Assembly: GCF_002113885.1 (NCBI RefSeq)
Contig: NW_018405900.1
Location: 1,349,392 to 1,413,391, forward strand
Length of the DNA stretch: 64,000 bases
Source: Mizuhopecten yessoensis
Lineage: Eukaryota
Direction: 5' to 3'
The notes under the pieces were generated by a model, which had not been told where the DNA came from, ran no database searches, and saw nothing but the letters and a program-made list of their open reading frames with translations. Both the position numbers and the translations under genes were made by a program. This document shows, piece after piece, positions 23,845-36,800 of the stretch; within the stretch, counting starts at the first letter, position 1; each line of letters starts with the position of its first letter.

Positions 23845-24775
23845 GACCTTTATTTCAATGAAATTTTGCAGAAACCTTCCATGGCCAAAGGTCAACAAAA
23901 ATAGTGGCTGATTTGGTCCCCAGCCCCCAGGGGCCTGAGGGGCGGGGCCAAAAAGGGTCAAATTGACTAAAATTTCAAAAATCTTCTTCTCAAGACCCAG
24001 ATATGGTATAATCAAATACTCTTCATAGATGGAAGGGTCTTTAGGTGCTTTAACAAAATTGTGAATTTCATGACCCTGGGGTCTCACGTTTCGCCCTGGG
24101 GAGGGGGTAAATTTTACTTTAGTTTATATAGGGAAATCACATTTTGGACCAACATTTGTTTCCATTGGAAGTAATTCAATTTGGGTTAGCATTATCAGTA
24201 TTGGATAGCAGTTTGATGTTATGCACATATCAGCCCTGATTGACCTCCAGGGGCTGATGGGTGGGGCCAAAAAGGGTCGAATTGACTGAAATGTAAAAAA
24301 TCTTCTTCTCAAAGACCCAGATATAGTAGAATCAAATACTCTTCATAGACGGAAGGGTCTTAAGGTTTATGACCCTAGGGTCTCACGTTTACCCCCTGAT
24401 GAAGGAGGGGGGGGGCAAAATGTATTATGGATTATAATAGCAAATGATACTTTGAATATTACATGTTAATAACTTGCTTGGAATTATAACCCTGAGTTGA
24501 CAGTTTGATACTTTGAAAATTTTGAGTGACCCCCAAGGGCTGTAGAGTGGGTCCTAAAGGAGTCAGTGTGCTAAAATTTCTTCATTTTCCTTGTTTATAA
24601 TCAGAGGTGCTAGTTTCAAATACTTTTCAGTCTTAAATCTGTATGCGATATATTGAATAAGGTGCTTTTATTGTTTTTTTATCACTTTGAAAAATAGTTC
24701 TGTTCATGTTAAAAGCAAAATCAACTCTCTGTATAAATATATCAGGTGACCGTTAAGGCCCATGGGCCTCTTGTT
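23845..24775 (+). mobile_element. 5'-truncated Helentron-associated non-autonomous element (HINE/DINE-like) in intron 2 of gene 2
   Basis: Internal about 320-bp tandem core (ggggccaaaaagggtc...aaatcttcttctcaagacccagata x2); 3' end tcaggtgaccgttaaGGCCCATGGGCCtcttgtt with a palindromic hairpin. Confidence 0.7.
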
Positions 24776-24950
24776 AATGAAATGTGTCCCAACGCTTTCA
24801 TTCAAACTGGCCAAAGATGAATTGCAACAATTGCATATCTGATTGTAGAAATGTAGAAAAAGTTTTGTTTCATTACAAATAGATTATATGCGTTTAGACT
24901 TAGCCATTAAAAACCCGATAACACAGATCGTTAGTAACGTAAATTCTCAC

Positions 24951-25132
24951 CTTATATACTTTTCCATCCAAACCTTTTGTTTCAAACTCTTTTCCCAACT
25001 CAAATTCAGTCGATTTTATAACATCTCCTTTGACTAATACAGACACTGTCCATTTCCCTGTTGCTTTATCTACCGCGTATTTGATTCCCATGGTGACCTT
25101 GCTATATTCATCGATGAGTTTCTGCTCAGTTT
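24951..25132 (-). CDS. FABP/iLBP-like gene 2, exon 2 (KTEQKLIDEYSKVTMGIKYAVDKATGKWTVSVLVKGDVIKSTEFELGKEFETKGLDGKVYK)
   Basis: Acceptor ttttcag|, donor AAG|GTGAGA; 182 nt, phase 1 to 0; FABP signature FELGKEFE..GLDG. Confidence 0.92.
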
Positions 25133-26628
25133 CTGAAAAAAAAAAACAGTTCAGTACAAGGAATGAAACTGAAGTTGTACATTTGATAGATATATATATA
25201 TAAAGAAGATATTCTCAACAATAAGGCTTGAGTACTTTCATCTCTTCAAGGAGATAGTATACTAAAGACTCGTAGTTGAGATTTTTCTTTTTATATTATT
25301 TCTTCGTCTGTCAGGATCATTTTTCTGCTTTTACAATATACATATATTTATTTATAGTATATGTAACCTGATATATTTATAGTATATATGTAACCTGTTC
25401 CGGTTATATTGCGCACTAATACCTGAACACATAGTAGCCTTGCTGAAGTCCGAAGTTGTTGAAATTTTAACAGCAACAGGGGTCAATCGGTTCAATTGCA
25501 TTGTACCTTCTACACACTAACAACATGTTATCAGCCTGAACTTATAGTGAACAATGTATCATCCGATCTAAAACATGCAAAAATATGAGGGGGATATAAC
25601 ATCACATTCTGGTCACCACAGGGGTAGGTCTTTTTGGTTATTCACTAGATCATTGTATTCATTAAGTGCGCAATATTACCCACCAGCAGTGGACATTTAA
25701 ACGGTATGATGCAATTACTATTTCCAGGGGAAATGTGGCGTTATAAAGAAGTTTTATAATAGATCATATAGATAGGAACAGGCCAGACTACAGTCGCAGA
25801 CACTGCCTAGTATACCAGGTCTATATAGGGTCACTGTGGAACATGTCAGACTACAGTCGCAGACACTACCCAGTACACCAGGTCTATATAGGGTCTCTGT
25901 AGAACATGTCAGACTACAGTCTCACACACTAGCTAGTATACCAGGTCCATATAGGGTCACTGTAGAACATGTCAGACTACAGTCTCACACACTATCTAGT
26001 ATGCCAGGTCTATATAGGGTCACTGTAGAACATGTCAGACTACAGTCTCACACACTACCTAGTATACCAGGTCTATATAGGGTCACTGTCGAACATGTCA
26101 GACTACAGTCGCAGACACTACCCAGTATACCAGGTCTATATAGGGTCACTGTGGAACATGTCAGACTACAGTCGCAGACACTACCCAGTATACCTGGTCT
26201 ATATAGGGTCACTGTAGAACATGTCAGACTACAGTCGCACACACTACCTAGTATACCAGGTCTATATAGGGTCACTGTGGAACATGTCAGACTACAGTCG
26301 CAGCCACTACCCAGTATACCAGGTCTATATAGGGTCACTGTGGAACAGGTCAGACTACAGTCGCAGACACTACCTAGTATACCAGGTCTATATAGGGTCA
26401 CTGTAGAACATGTCAGACTACAGTCTCACACACTACCTAGTATACCAGGTCTATATAGGGTTACTGTGGAACATGTCAGACTACAGTCTCGCACACTACC
26501 TAGTATACCAGGTCTACACATGGTCACTATGGAACATGTCAGACAACAGTCTCACACACTACCTAGTATACCAGGTCTACACATGGTCACTATGGAACAT
26601 GTCAGACAACAGTCTCAGACATTACCTA

Positions 26629-26899
26629 TTGTCATACTGCAAAGAAAAATGTCGCACGGTGATTGGTCGAATTGCCAAGGTACCTGAAGCTATGTTAGTA
26701 TCCTTGCCGGGGTACATAAGAGCACGCGCGCCTGTTGTAAGGGAGATAACTCGCAGATTCGAATCGAACACACCGGAGAACGTTCGTCTGCTAATGTCAA
26801 CAATGAACAAAATGGCGAAACGGTTTGCAAGCCACACGGAGAGTGAAATTGAGACAAAACGGGCGTCACTTATACCTACAAACACAAAGAAAAGTAACA
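26629..26899 (+). mobile_element. 5' end of a probable Crypton element inserted in the 63-bp array (ORF start MAKRFASHTESEIETKRASLIPTNTKKS runs into the gap)
   Basis: The RF-x(4)-E-x-E-I...P-x-NT-KK pattern resembles the N-terminus of Crypton/DUF3504 recombinases. Confidence 0.5.
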
Positions 26900-27781
26900 N
26901 NNNNNNNNNNNNNNNNNNNNNNNNNNNNNNNNNNNNNNNNNNNNNNNNNNNNNNNNNNNNNNNNNNNNNNNNNNNNNNNNNNNNNNNNNNNNNNNNNNNN
27001 NNNNNNNNNNNNNNNNNNNNNNNNNNNNNNNNNNNNNNNNNNNNNNNNNNNNNNNNNNNNNNNNNNNNNNNNNNNNNNNNNNNNNNNNNNNNNNNNNNNN
27101 NNNNNNNNNNNNNNNNNNNNNNNNNNNNNNNNNNNNNNNNNNNNNNNNNNNNNNNNNNNNNNNNNNNNNNNNNNNNNNNNNNNNNNNNNNNNNNNNNNNN
27201 NNNNNNNNNNNNNNNNNNNNNNNNNNNNNNNNNNNNNNNNNNNNNNNNNNNNNNNNNNNNNNNNNNNNNNNNNNNNNNNNNNNNNNNNNNNNNNNNNNNN
27301 NNNNNNNNNNNNNNNNNNNNNNNNNNNNNNNNNNNNNNNNNNNNNNNNNNNNNNNNNNNNNNNNNNNNNNNNNNNNNNNNNNNNNNNNNNNNNNNNNNNN
27401 NNNNNNNNNNNNNNNNNNNNNNNNNNNNNNNNNNNNNNNNNNNNNNNNNNNNNNNNNNNNNNNNNNNNNNNNNNNNNNNNNNNNNNNNNNNNNNNNNNNN
27501 NNNNNNNNNNNNNNNNNNNNNNNNNNNNNNNNNNNNNNNNNNNNNNNNNNNNNNNNNNNNNNNNNNNNNNNNNNNNNNNNNNNNNNNNNNNNNNNNNNNN
27601 NNNNNNNNNNNNNNNNNNNNNNNNNNNNNNNNNNNNNNNNNNNNNNNNNNNNNNNNNNNNNNNNNNNNNNNNNNNNNNNNNNNNNNNNNNNNNNNNNNNN
27701 NNNNNNNNNNNNNNNNNNNNNNNNNNNNNNNNNNNNNNNNNNNNNNNNNNNNNNNNNNNNNNNNNNNNNNNNNNNNNNNNN
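26900..27781. other. Assembly gap (882 N)
   Basis: Run of n. Confidence 1.
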
Positions 27782-28199
27782 ACCTAGTATACCAGGTCTA
27801 TATAGGGTCACTATGGAACATGTCAGACTACAGTCTCAGACATTACCTAGTATACCAGGTCTATATAGGGTCACTATGGAACATGTCAGACTACAGTCTC
27901 ACACACTACCTAGTATACCAGGTCTAAAAAACGGAACAAGAGATACATATTAATGTATATATTGGCGGCAAGCCAGGTGTTTGTTTATGGCTGAACGTAC
28001 TCGAACAGCCGTTTCAGAACGAGTACCTAAAGAAACACAACCGGAAAGAGAGAGAAAATAAGAAAGAGAGAAAGCATAAAGGGATGATAGGAAGCGAAAA
28101 TATCTGGGGTGTTGCAATTAACAGCAAATCAATCTTGGTCTTTTCCATGTACAGTTCTTTGAATATAAAGATGGAGGGGATTCGCCGTTTACTATACAA

Positions 28200-28553
28200 C
28201 TGCAGTGGTACAGCAGGTGATATGCCGGGCTCGTGACCGAAGGGTTGCGAGTTCGAGTTACGGCACTGTGTTGTATCTTTGAGCAAGATACTTTACTCCG
28301 CTTGTTCCAGTCCATTCAGCTGTAAATGAGTACGTGATTGTACAGTGATAGAATTATAGAATGCTAGCTGTGTGCGCCGAAATGGCAGCACCGACTGTAT
28401 GCTCCCCAGGGAGTTGAGAGAGGTATTGGCTTGTTGCAAATGCCCTATTACCACGGATAATAATTTGTGAACCGCTTTGAGACGACCTACAAACTAGGTT
28501 ATGATTAAGCGGTATATAAGAGCCTCGAACTTTTTGTATTATTATTATTATTG
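28200..28553 (+). mobile_element. tRNA-derived SINE with CORE-like and Deu/Nin-like segments and an L2-like (ATT)n tail
   Basis: Head with gagttcgag B-box; tgttgtatctttgagcaagatacttta..cagctgtaaatgagtac; gtatgctccccagggagttgag; aagcggtatataag..tattattattatt. Confidence 0.7.
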
Positions 28554-30591
28554 GTTTCTTCAATATCCCCTAAACAGACGACAGAGGTGAAACCATCAGC
28601 CGAGTCTGCAGTAGGGGCGGGTGGGTTAGGATAATGCTACATTATTCGCCACCTGCGACAAGCTTATTATTTCCTCTAAATTGAACAGGTCTTAGCTAGG
28701 TGGAAAGGTGTTTTATCAAGAGTTTTTCGACAACCTCGCAAATAGGGTTGTCAATCGACAAGACATTTTCCCTCTACGTCACATGTAAAACACATACAGG
28801 ACACGGGCATCCAATCCGGAACTCAAAGCAGAGATTCTGTTTACGTGTATCATCTTTGATTGTCGAATGTAACGAAAGCAGACTTTAAAAAAAAAATACA
28901 ATGCCCTCGTGACGAATCATAAATAGTATATGCAGGTTTTTGTTAATTGCTTCACAATGAGGTTTCTAAAAAAATTGACTAACGTTTTTTGATACGAACG
29001 AACGGTCGCGCATTACAACATGGCAACGGACAAGCTGCATTTATTACATCATTAAACATGTCCATCGTTATCTTATGCAAGACGTTGATCACAACGATTA
29101 TTTTGAATTTAGTTGTCATAAAATTAGCAACAATGTCAAATATGTATTTGACATTGCACGAGATTTGGATAGGCGGGGGTTATAATCGAAACTACGAGTT
29201 ACCTTCCTTCGAATGATATGTTCTGCTGTGATTAGGCCCTATTGATTTCTTTACCTTGAATTGCTATTTCAGTCTTATCCCTCCAAATACATTTATATAA
29301 AATATCTGCCGTTTATCTTTAAAAAGAAATCCATTCAAATTATACGAAACACAAAAAAATAATAAGACAATGTTTCGAATTCACAGTGAAGAGATGTGTC
29401 CGTCGAATGGTCTAGGCCAGTGTAACCTTATCTATATCGCCTTTAACAGGGTATACAGGTATCTCCCTTCACGTCTATACACTTCGTCATCGTCAGACAA
29501 AAAAGTCAGAAAGAACGCGGTTCAGATTTCAGATATAATCTAAATTAATCTATTTTTGTCGTACTTCGTGATTGGTCTCTTCCTTGTACACCGAACTCTC
29601 GTCGGTATCTTGCCCATATTGTAATGCAAGTAGGGCTATATTTGTCACCACTTAACTGACAATGCAGTACTTGTTAGCGCTAATCTACATATTGACTTGA
29701 CAATTGGCTATTTAGTTAGTCATTTTTTTTCTGTCGTAGTCCATTTTCGTTGCCCTTGACAACAAACAAAATAGCAATGCTTATAACAAAGAGGACTAAA
29801 ATGTGCACGAGGAAGGATTGGTAATGCTAATGACAAAATAAAAAATAAAAAATAAACCCATCCAAAACATCAAATCAAATCAAAAACATAAAAAGCTGAC
29901 AATGCTTATGGCAATGAAGAATGACGACGTAGATTGATATTTTATAAAACAAATTAACTTTGATACATATATATAACACATCCGGTACTTCTTCGATATC
30001 TTCAAAAGAAAAACAAATCGTCGCGATCAAATACTTAGCACTACTAAGTTAATAACAACGCATACAAAATGGAAGACACTCATTTGGTACTCCGTACCGA
30101 CCATCTCTCATAACGGAGTAAGAAATGCGATACATATTTCAAATATTTATAAGTTCGAAAATAAACACGGACTGTTTGTATCCAGATCTATTCGTTCTCC
30201 GACAAACATTATTCCGGAAACATCAGTTTTCGAACGACAATTATTTCAGACCTGAATCCATTTTAAGAGGCAGTTGCTGTATCAATAATCTGGGACACTG
30301 TTAAGCCAAAGTTTTCGTATTGTTCTACCTAAAACTTCGATATAGTGCCATCCTTTTTTGTCATCTCGCTTACCGCCAATGTAGTTCAAGGTCAATTTGT
30401 TTAGGGTTTTTTGTTTACAATGCTTTTATAGATTTCCCTCGATATATTGACTAACTAGACATTACGTCAAATTTGACTTGACAAATACTGTCAGTATAAC
30501 GAAATGTAAGCGCATATTTCTAAATAAAAGAAGTTATCAAAATTTCTTATAATAACAAATCAATTATAAGTTTCATTGGTATAAAACATAC

Positions 30592-30676
30592 TCATCGCTT
30601 TGCAGAAATTAGCAAATCCTTCGCCTTCTCCAATGGGTTGTGTTCCTTCCCATGTTCCTTCAAATACAGACGCCAT
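30592..30676 (-). CDS. FABP/iLBP-like gene 2, exon 1 (MASVFEGTWEGTQPIGEGEGFANFCKAM); full CDS 85+182+111+60 nt = 145 aa
   Basis: ATG at 30676, F-E-G-T-W motif, phase-1 donor A|GTATGT; frame joins exon 2 cleanly. Confidence 0.88.
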
Positions 30677-30758
30677 ATTGTTAATTTAGATGTACTTCTT
30701 CCGTGTACCACGTTGCTTGGTCTGTCGGGGAATGAGAGGTTGAGTCCGTGCTCGTCTG

Positions 30759-30766
30759 TTTATATA
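30759..30766 (-). promoter_or_regulatory. TATA box (TATATAAA) of FABP gene 2
   Basis: Canonical TATA-type sequence about 83 nt upstream of the ATG. Confidence 0.6.
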
Positions 30767-31829
30767 GAAGAACACGTGACTCATTGGTAGAGTCATTATT
30801 ATACGGCAGCCCAGGAGGGGCGATACGTTTAATTTAAATCAACCTGGAATGTTTTACAACGATTGTGCAACCAATGTTTATTTTTATATAAACTATTGTT
30901 AGAAAGATTGATTGCATATTACATATACGTATTGTACATTGTATTTTATTTTTGTTTATTCATTTTTTTTAATTTTTTTTTTTTACACCCAAACAATATA
31001 TATTGTTTGTTTAATCCATTTTAAACCGTTATTTTAATCCGATATACCAAATTCTGTTCCTCTGCAATTGTACATGTATTTAAAATTAATTTCCTCGACC
31101 TCCTTGTGTTTCAACTACTTTTGGATTGGTATTCTAGTTTATTTATATGATAGCTTTATCTTGTGATGCGAAGATTCTGTTGCAACTTGAGTTTTTACTA
31201 GCGACATTGAACAGAACTAATAACCGGATTTTTGCAACAGTATAATCACGATACAATGACACAAAGATCGAAACACAATGGGGTTTGGTTTAAACGGTAT
31301 TTAACTCAATAATTAGGCAATGTTATTATATACATGCAATTTCAGAGGGATTGACAAACAAGCTTAGAAAATATACGTACATATGTAGATGTATTTATTC
31401 GTGTGACTGATTATATTAGTCATATGTACCCCAGATGAATTCATTCACTGACCTCCATGTCACAAGTGTTTTGTGTCAGTTTAAGTGATTTTTTAAATCA
31501 GGGTTAAACATTCTCGCCAACAGCTAAATGGGCCAGGTCACTTCCGTTTTATCGGTTACAGCGAGTGTATAACAATCTGAAGTGACCAGTGATCGATTCC
31601 TGGTCTAGCCCCTTTGAAAGTATGTCCCTTTCATAAAACTATTATTGATTAAGAAACAGTTTCCAACACATAGTTACTGTATTTGGTAGTGGTACGGGGA
31701 TACCTCAAGGGATGACAAAAATAAAGGATAAAGTAGCAATTGCTACAAAAAGTTTATATCGCTCTGATACACTGATTGTTAATCTACGGATGTCACTGGC
31801 CAATTCTGTAACTATGTATTGAACTCCCT

Positions 31830-32006
31830 CGCCCCACTACCCCTCCACTACCCCTCCACCAGTACCCCCACTACCCCTCCACCACTACCCCCCCAACTAC
31901 CCCTCCACTACCCCTCCACTACCCCTCCACCACCCATCCACTACCCCTCCACCACAACCCCCACTACCCCTCCACTACCCCTCCACTACCCACACACCCA
32001 CCCCAC
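31830..32006. repeat. C-rich simple repeat (ccactacccct)n; G-quadruplex/i-motif potential
   Basis: Directly visible; about 1.2 kb upstream of gene 2. Confidence 0.85.
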
Positions 32007-32064
32007 TGTTACGACTTCTGACTATTACTTTCATAATTTAATTTCTTAAAAAAAAAAGAAAACA

Positions 32065-32880
32065 TACACAAAAATATCAACTGGGTTTTTCAGGGTAAAA
32101 ATGCGAATGGACCTGACAAGGATTCGAACCCTGGACCTCAAATTATTATACCACCGATATATATACATATATACATAACCTGAGTTATCTGGTCACTGAT
32201 ATATATATACAATAAAAACATTTTTTTCAGATCGTCCGCTAGGCCTTTCTGCCTTCTAGGGCTTCTTCAGGCGGATTGATGTTTATTTATCACCGTTGGT
32301 TACATGACGTCATCAATATTTGTATAGTCAACAATTTTAGTGACGTCATAAATAAACAAATAAATGGTACGTGTATATATGTAACAGAGGAAAAATTTAG
32401 TATATATATTATTATACCACCGATATATATACATATATACATAACCTGAGTTATCTGGTCACCGATATATATATATATATATATACATGTATACATATAT
32501 CTAAATTAATATATATGTACATAATATAACCGGAGTTATCTGGTCACTGATATATATATATATATATATATATTTATAACCTGAGTTATATGGTCACCGA
32601 TTTATATACATATATATATATAACCTGAGTTATCTGGTCCACGTTATTGCATTGACCCAGTCGCGCTGCACTAAACCGAAATTAAGGGGAGATTACTCTA
32701 TGTACAAACAACTACATTGGAATTTTACTAATGTTATCCCCACAGTGGGACAGGGGCGTTGACTTACGTCATGTTTACGTACCCTAATTACACTGGTGTG
32801 GCGGTAACATACGTCACGTGTAAGTGTTTGCGTTGTGTTGTTTTTCCTCTGTTACATATATACACGTACCATTTATCTCT
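32065..32880 (-). mobile_element. Composite repeat: tRNA-like head fragments, repeated (aacctgagttatctggtcac+(AT)n) units and a hammerhead
   Basis: ggattcgaaccctggacc (B-box) at about 32120; a related head at 63628-63725; inverted duplicate of about 32360-32395 at about 32842-32876. Confidence 0.45.
32235..32275 (-). ncRNA. Minimal type-I hammerhead ribozyme motif (near-intact)
   Basis: Minus strand TCCGC-CTGAAGA-AGCC-ctagaa-GGCA-GAAA-GGCC-TA-GCGGA; perfect 5-bp stem I, palindromic GGCC loop, one mismatch at the stem II closing pair. Confidence 0.65.
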
Positions 32881-33859
32881 TACTTAACACTATATACATA
32901 TATATAGTACAACACTACGTATATATTACGAATGTGTTTAATGTAGATAAACTAGCGTGCGGAAATGTATGACATTTTACGGATAAGTGCAAACAAGTAC
33001 ACACGGATACAACGTTATTAAATTAAAGTGTAAAGAAATTATACACATATGTAATGATTATTACAAAAATGCCGCTGCGGTTAAGATGCCAGGTTTTCTC
33101 AGCCTAGAGGGTATAAGCCCTTTCTATTTCCACTGTTAACTGATGTAACAACCCACGTAGACATTGCCTGTTTCTTGTGAGCGTGTATTGAGTAACCAAA
33201 TAAAAGATGTAATGATTTAAAATTCATAAAACTAAAGAGATTAAGATGGCGCATTGATGGGATAAAAACGATCATTATTTTAGTTACGAGCTAAATTCAA
33301 GTACCTGTGATTGCTTGTCAATGACTATGGTTGTCTATACCATAACAGTTTAATGCTATTACCATCATGTATATTAAGGCATGTACTGTAATTACTTATG
33401 TAATGGGTTGTTCAAGTATGCGTGCTATGTACATGGAGATTGAATGTGATTTGCACTTCTTTGAGCGTCATAAAGACCAAGTTATAGATAAACTGAAATC
33501 CAATCATCTAAAGTTACAGTGTTTTTTTTTTATTTTCCAAACTCTCCAATCCATTTGCGTGCTTGCTTTCGTAAATAGAAAAGAAATGTATACGTTATTT
33601 TGTACTTCAGTTTTCAAGGAGCTTTAATAGAGATACGCAACATAGAAATTTGCTGATCCGCTGTTTTTAATGAACTCAAGAATTAACGAGTTTGGCTGTA
33701 CTTTATTGGAACAATGTATCATGTCATAACGGAACGGATACAAATTTACAATATGTCGCATTTTTGAATTTTGCTTAGAGACGGACAGGTTGACAATATA
33801 GATTATTTTCGCTGTAAAGACAGAGTACACTCATGTGAAACATTATACTTGTGTGGCAC

Positions 33860-36800
33860 GTTACAACTGTTGTGACACATGACAATAGTGAAATAGTGTA
33901 CTGTTGTGACACATGACACAAGTGACATTACACTGTTGTCACACTTAACACCGTTGTGACACATTACACTGTTGTCACACTTAACACCGTTGTGACACAT
34001 TACACTGTTGTCACACATTACACAAGTGACATTACACTATTGTGACACATGACAATAGTGCCATTACACTGTTGTGACGCGTGACAATAGTGACATTACA
34101 CTATTGTGACACATGACAATAGTGAAATAGTGTACTGTTGTGACACATGACACAAGTGACATTACACTATTGTGACACATGACAATAGTTAAATAGTGTA
34201 CTGTTGTGACCCATTACACTAGTGACATTACATTGTTGTGACACATGACAATATTGTGACACATAACACTGTTGTGACACAAGACACTGTGACACATGAC
34301 AATAGTTAAATAGTGTACTGTTGTGACCCATTACACTAGTGACATTACATTGTTGTGACACATGACAATAGTTAAATAGTGTACTGTTGTGACCCATTAC
34401 ACTAGTGACATTACATTGTTGTGACACATGACAATAGTGAAATAGTGTACTGTTGTGACACATTACATAAGTGACATTACACTGTTGTGGCACATTACAC
34501 TAGTGACATTACATTGTTGTGACACATGACAATGGTGACATTACACTGTTGTGGCACATTACACTAGTGACATTACATTGTTGTGACACATGACAATAGC
34601 GACATTACACTGTTGTGGCACATGACAATAGTGACATGACACTGCTGTGACACATGACAATAGTGAAAAAGTGTACTGTTGTGACACATGACAATATTGT
34701 GACACATACCACTGTTACTGTTGTGACACATGACAATAGTGAAATAGTGCACTGTTGTGACACATTACTCTAGTGACATTACACTGTTTTGACACATTAC
34801 ACTAGTGACTGTACACTGTCGTGACACATGACAATAGTGAAATAGTGCACTGTTGTGACACATTACATAAGTGACATTACACTGTTGTCATGTGTCACAA
34901 CAGGGTAATGTCACTAGTGTAATGTGTCGCAACAGTGTAATGTCACTTGGGTAATGTGTCACAACAGTGCAATGTCACTATTGTCATGTATCACAACAGT
35001 GTAATGTCAATAGTGTAATGTGTCACAACAGCGTAATGTCACTATTGTCATATGTCACAACAGTGTAATGTAACTTGTGTAATGTGTCACAATAGTGTAA
35101 TGTCACTATTGTCACGCGTCACAACAGTGTAATGTCCCTATTGTCATGTGTCACAATAGTGTAATGTCACTTGTGTAACGTGTCACAACAGTGTAATGCC
35201 ACTATTGTCATGTGTCACGACAGTGTACAGTCACTAGTGTAATGTGTCACACCAGTGTAATGTCACTCTTGTCATGTGTCACAACAGGGTAATGTCACTA
35301 GTGTAATGGGTCACAACAGTACACTATTTAACTATTGTCATGTGTCACAGTGTCTTGTGTCACAACAGTGTTATGTGTCACAATATTGTCATGTGTCACA
35401 ACAGTTGTAACGTGCCATACAAGTATAATGTTTCACATGAGTTTGGCTGTACTTTATTGGAACAATGTATCATGTCATAACGGAACGGATACAAATTTAC
35501 CATATGTCGCATTTTTGAATTTTGCTTAGAGACGGACAGGTTGACAATATAGATTATTTTCGCTGTAAAGACAGAGTACACTCATGTGAAACATTATACT
35601 TGTGTGGCACATTACAACTGTTGTGACACATGACACTGTTGTGACACATGACACTGTTGAGAACATGACAATAGTGACATAACACTGTTGTGACACAAGA
35701 CACTGTGACACATGACAATAGTGACATTGCACTGTTGTGACACATTACTCTAGTGACATTACACTGTTGCGACACATGACAATAGTGACATGACACTGCT
35801 GTGACACATGACAATAGTTAAATAGTGTACTGTTGTGACACATTACAAAAGTGACATTACACAGTTGTGACGCATGACAATAGTCACATTACACTGTTGT
35901 GACATATGACAATAGTGACATTACGCTGTTGTGACACATTACACAAGTGACATTACCCTGTTGTGACACATGACAATAGTTAAATAGTGTACTGTTGTGA
36001 CCCATTACACTAGTGACATTACATTGTTGTGACACATGACAATAGTGCCATAACACTGTTGTGACACATACCACTGTTACTGTTGTGACACATGACACAA
36101 GTGACATTACACTATTGTGACACATGACAATAGTGTCATTACACTGTTGTGACACGTGACAATAGTGACATTACACTATTGTGACACATTACACAAGTTA
36201 CATTACACTGTTGTGACGCATGTCAATAGTGGCATTACACTGTTGTGACACAGGACAATAGTGAAATAGTGTACTGTTGTGGCACATTACACAAGTGACA
36301 TTACACTATTGTGACACATGACAATAGTGCCATAACACTGTTGTGACACATACCACTGTTGTGACACATACCACTGTTGTGACACATACCAGTGACATTA
36401 CACTGTTGTGGCACATGACAATAGTGACATTACACTATTGTGACACATTACACAAGTGACGTTACACTGCTGTGACACATGACAATAGTGAAAAAGTGTA
36501 CTGTTGTGACACATGACACTGTTGTGACACACCACCCTGTTGTGTAGCATAGCTACGATGGCCGATAGCGGCCGACAAAACACTTAGATTGGTAAAAAGT
36601 GTTCTGTTTTACAGTTTGTCAAATTATAAGTGGGCATTTTACACATTTTATAAAAAGTGTAAACTGTCATGACACTCTGTCAATTCATACATGGCAGTTT
36701 ACTGATTTTACTTTCACAAAATAAACATTGGGGGAGGAGGGAGAGATGGAAGTAGGGTCGCTTTCCAATGGCTGAGCAGAACAGAGTATGCTATTTCCAT

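Larger units (their letters stand above)
25785..27926. repeat. 63-bp minisatellite (cagactacagtcgcagacactacccagtataccaggtctatatagggtcactgtggaacatgt) in intron 1 of gene 2; interrupted by an insertion and the gap
   Basis: About 13 copies at 25785-26625 and about 2.3 copies at 27782-27926. Confidence 0.95.

Noticed and set aside
25836-27927. 21-aa repeat ORFs and ORFs crossing the N gap
   Set aside because: Translations of a 63-bp intronic minisatellite and of Ns.
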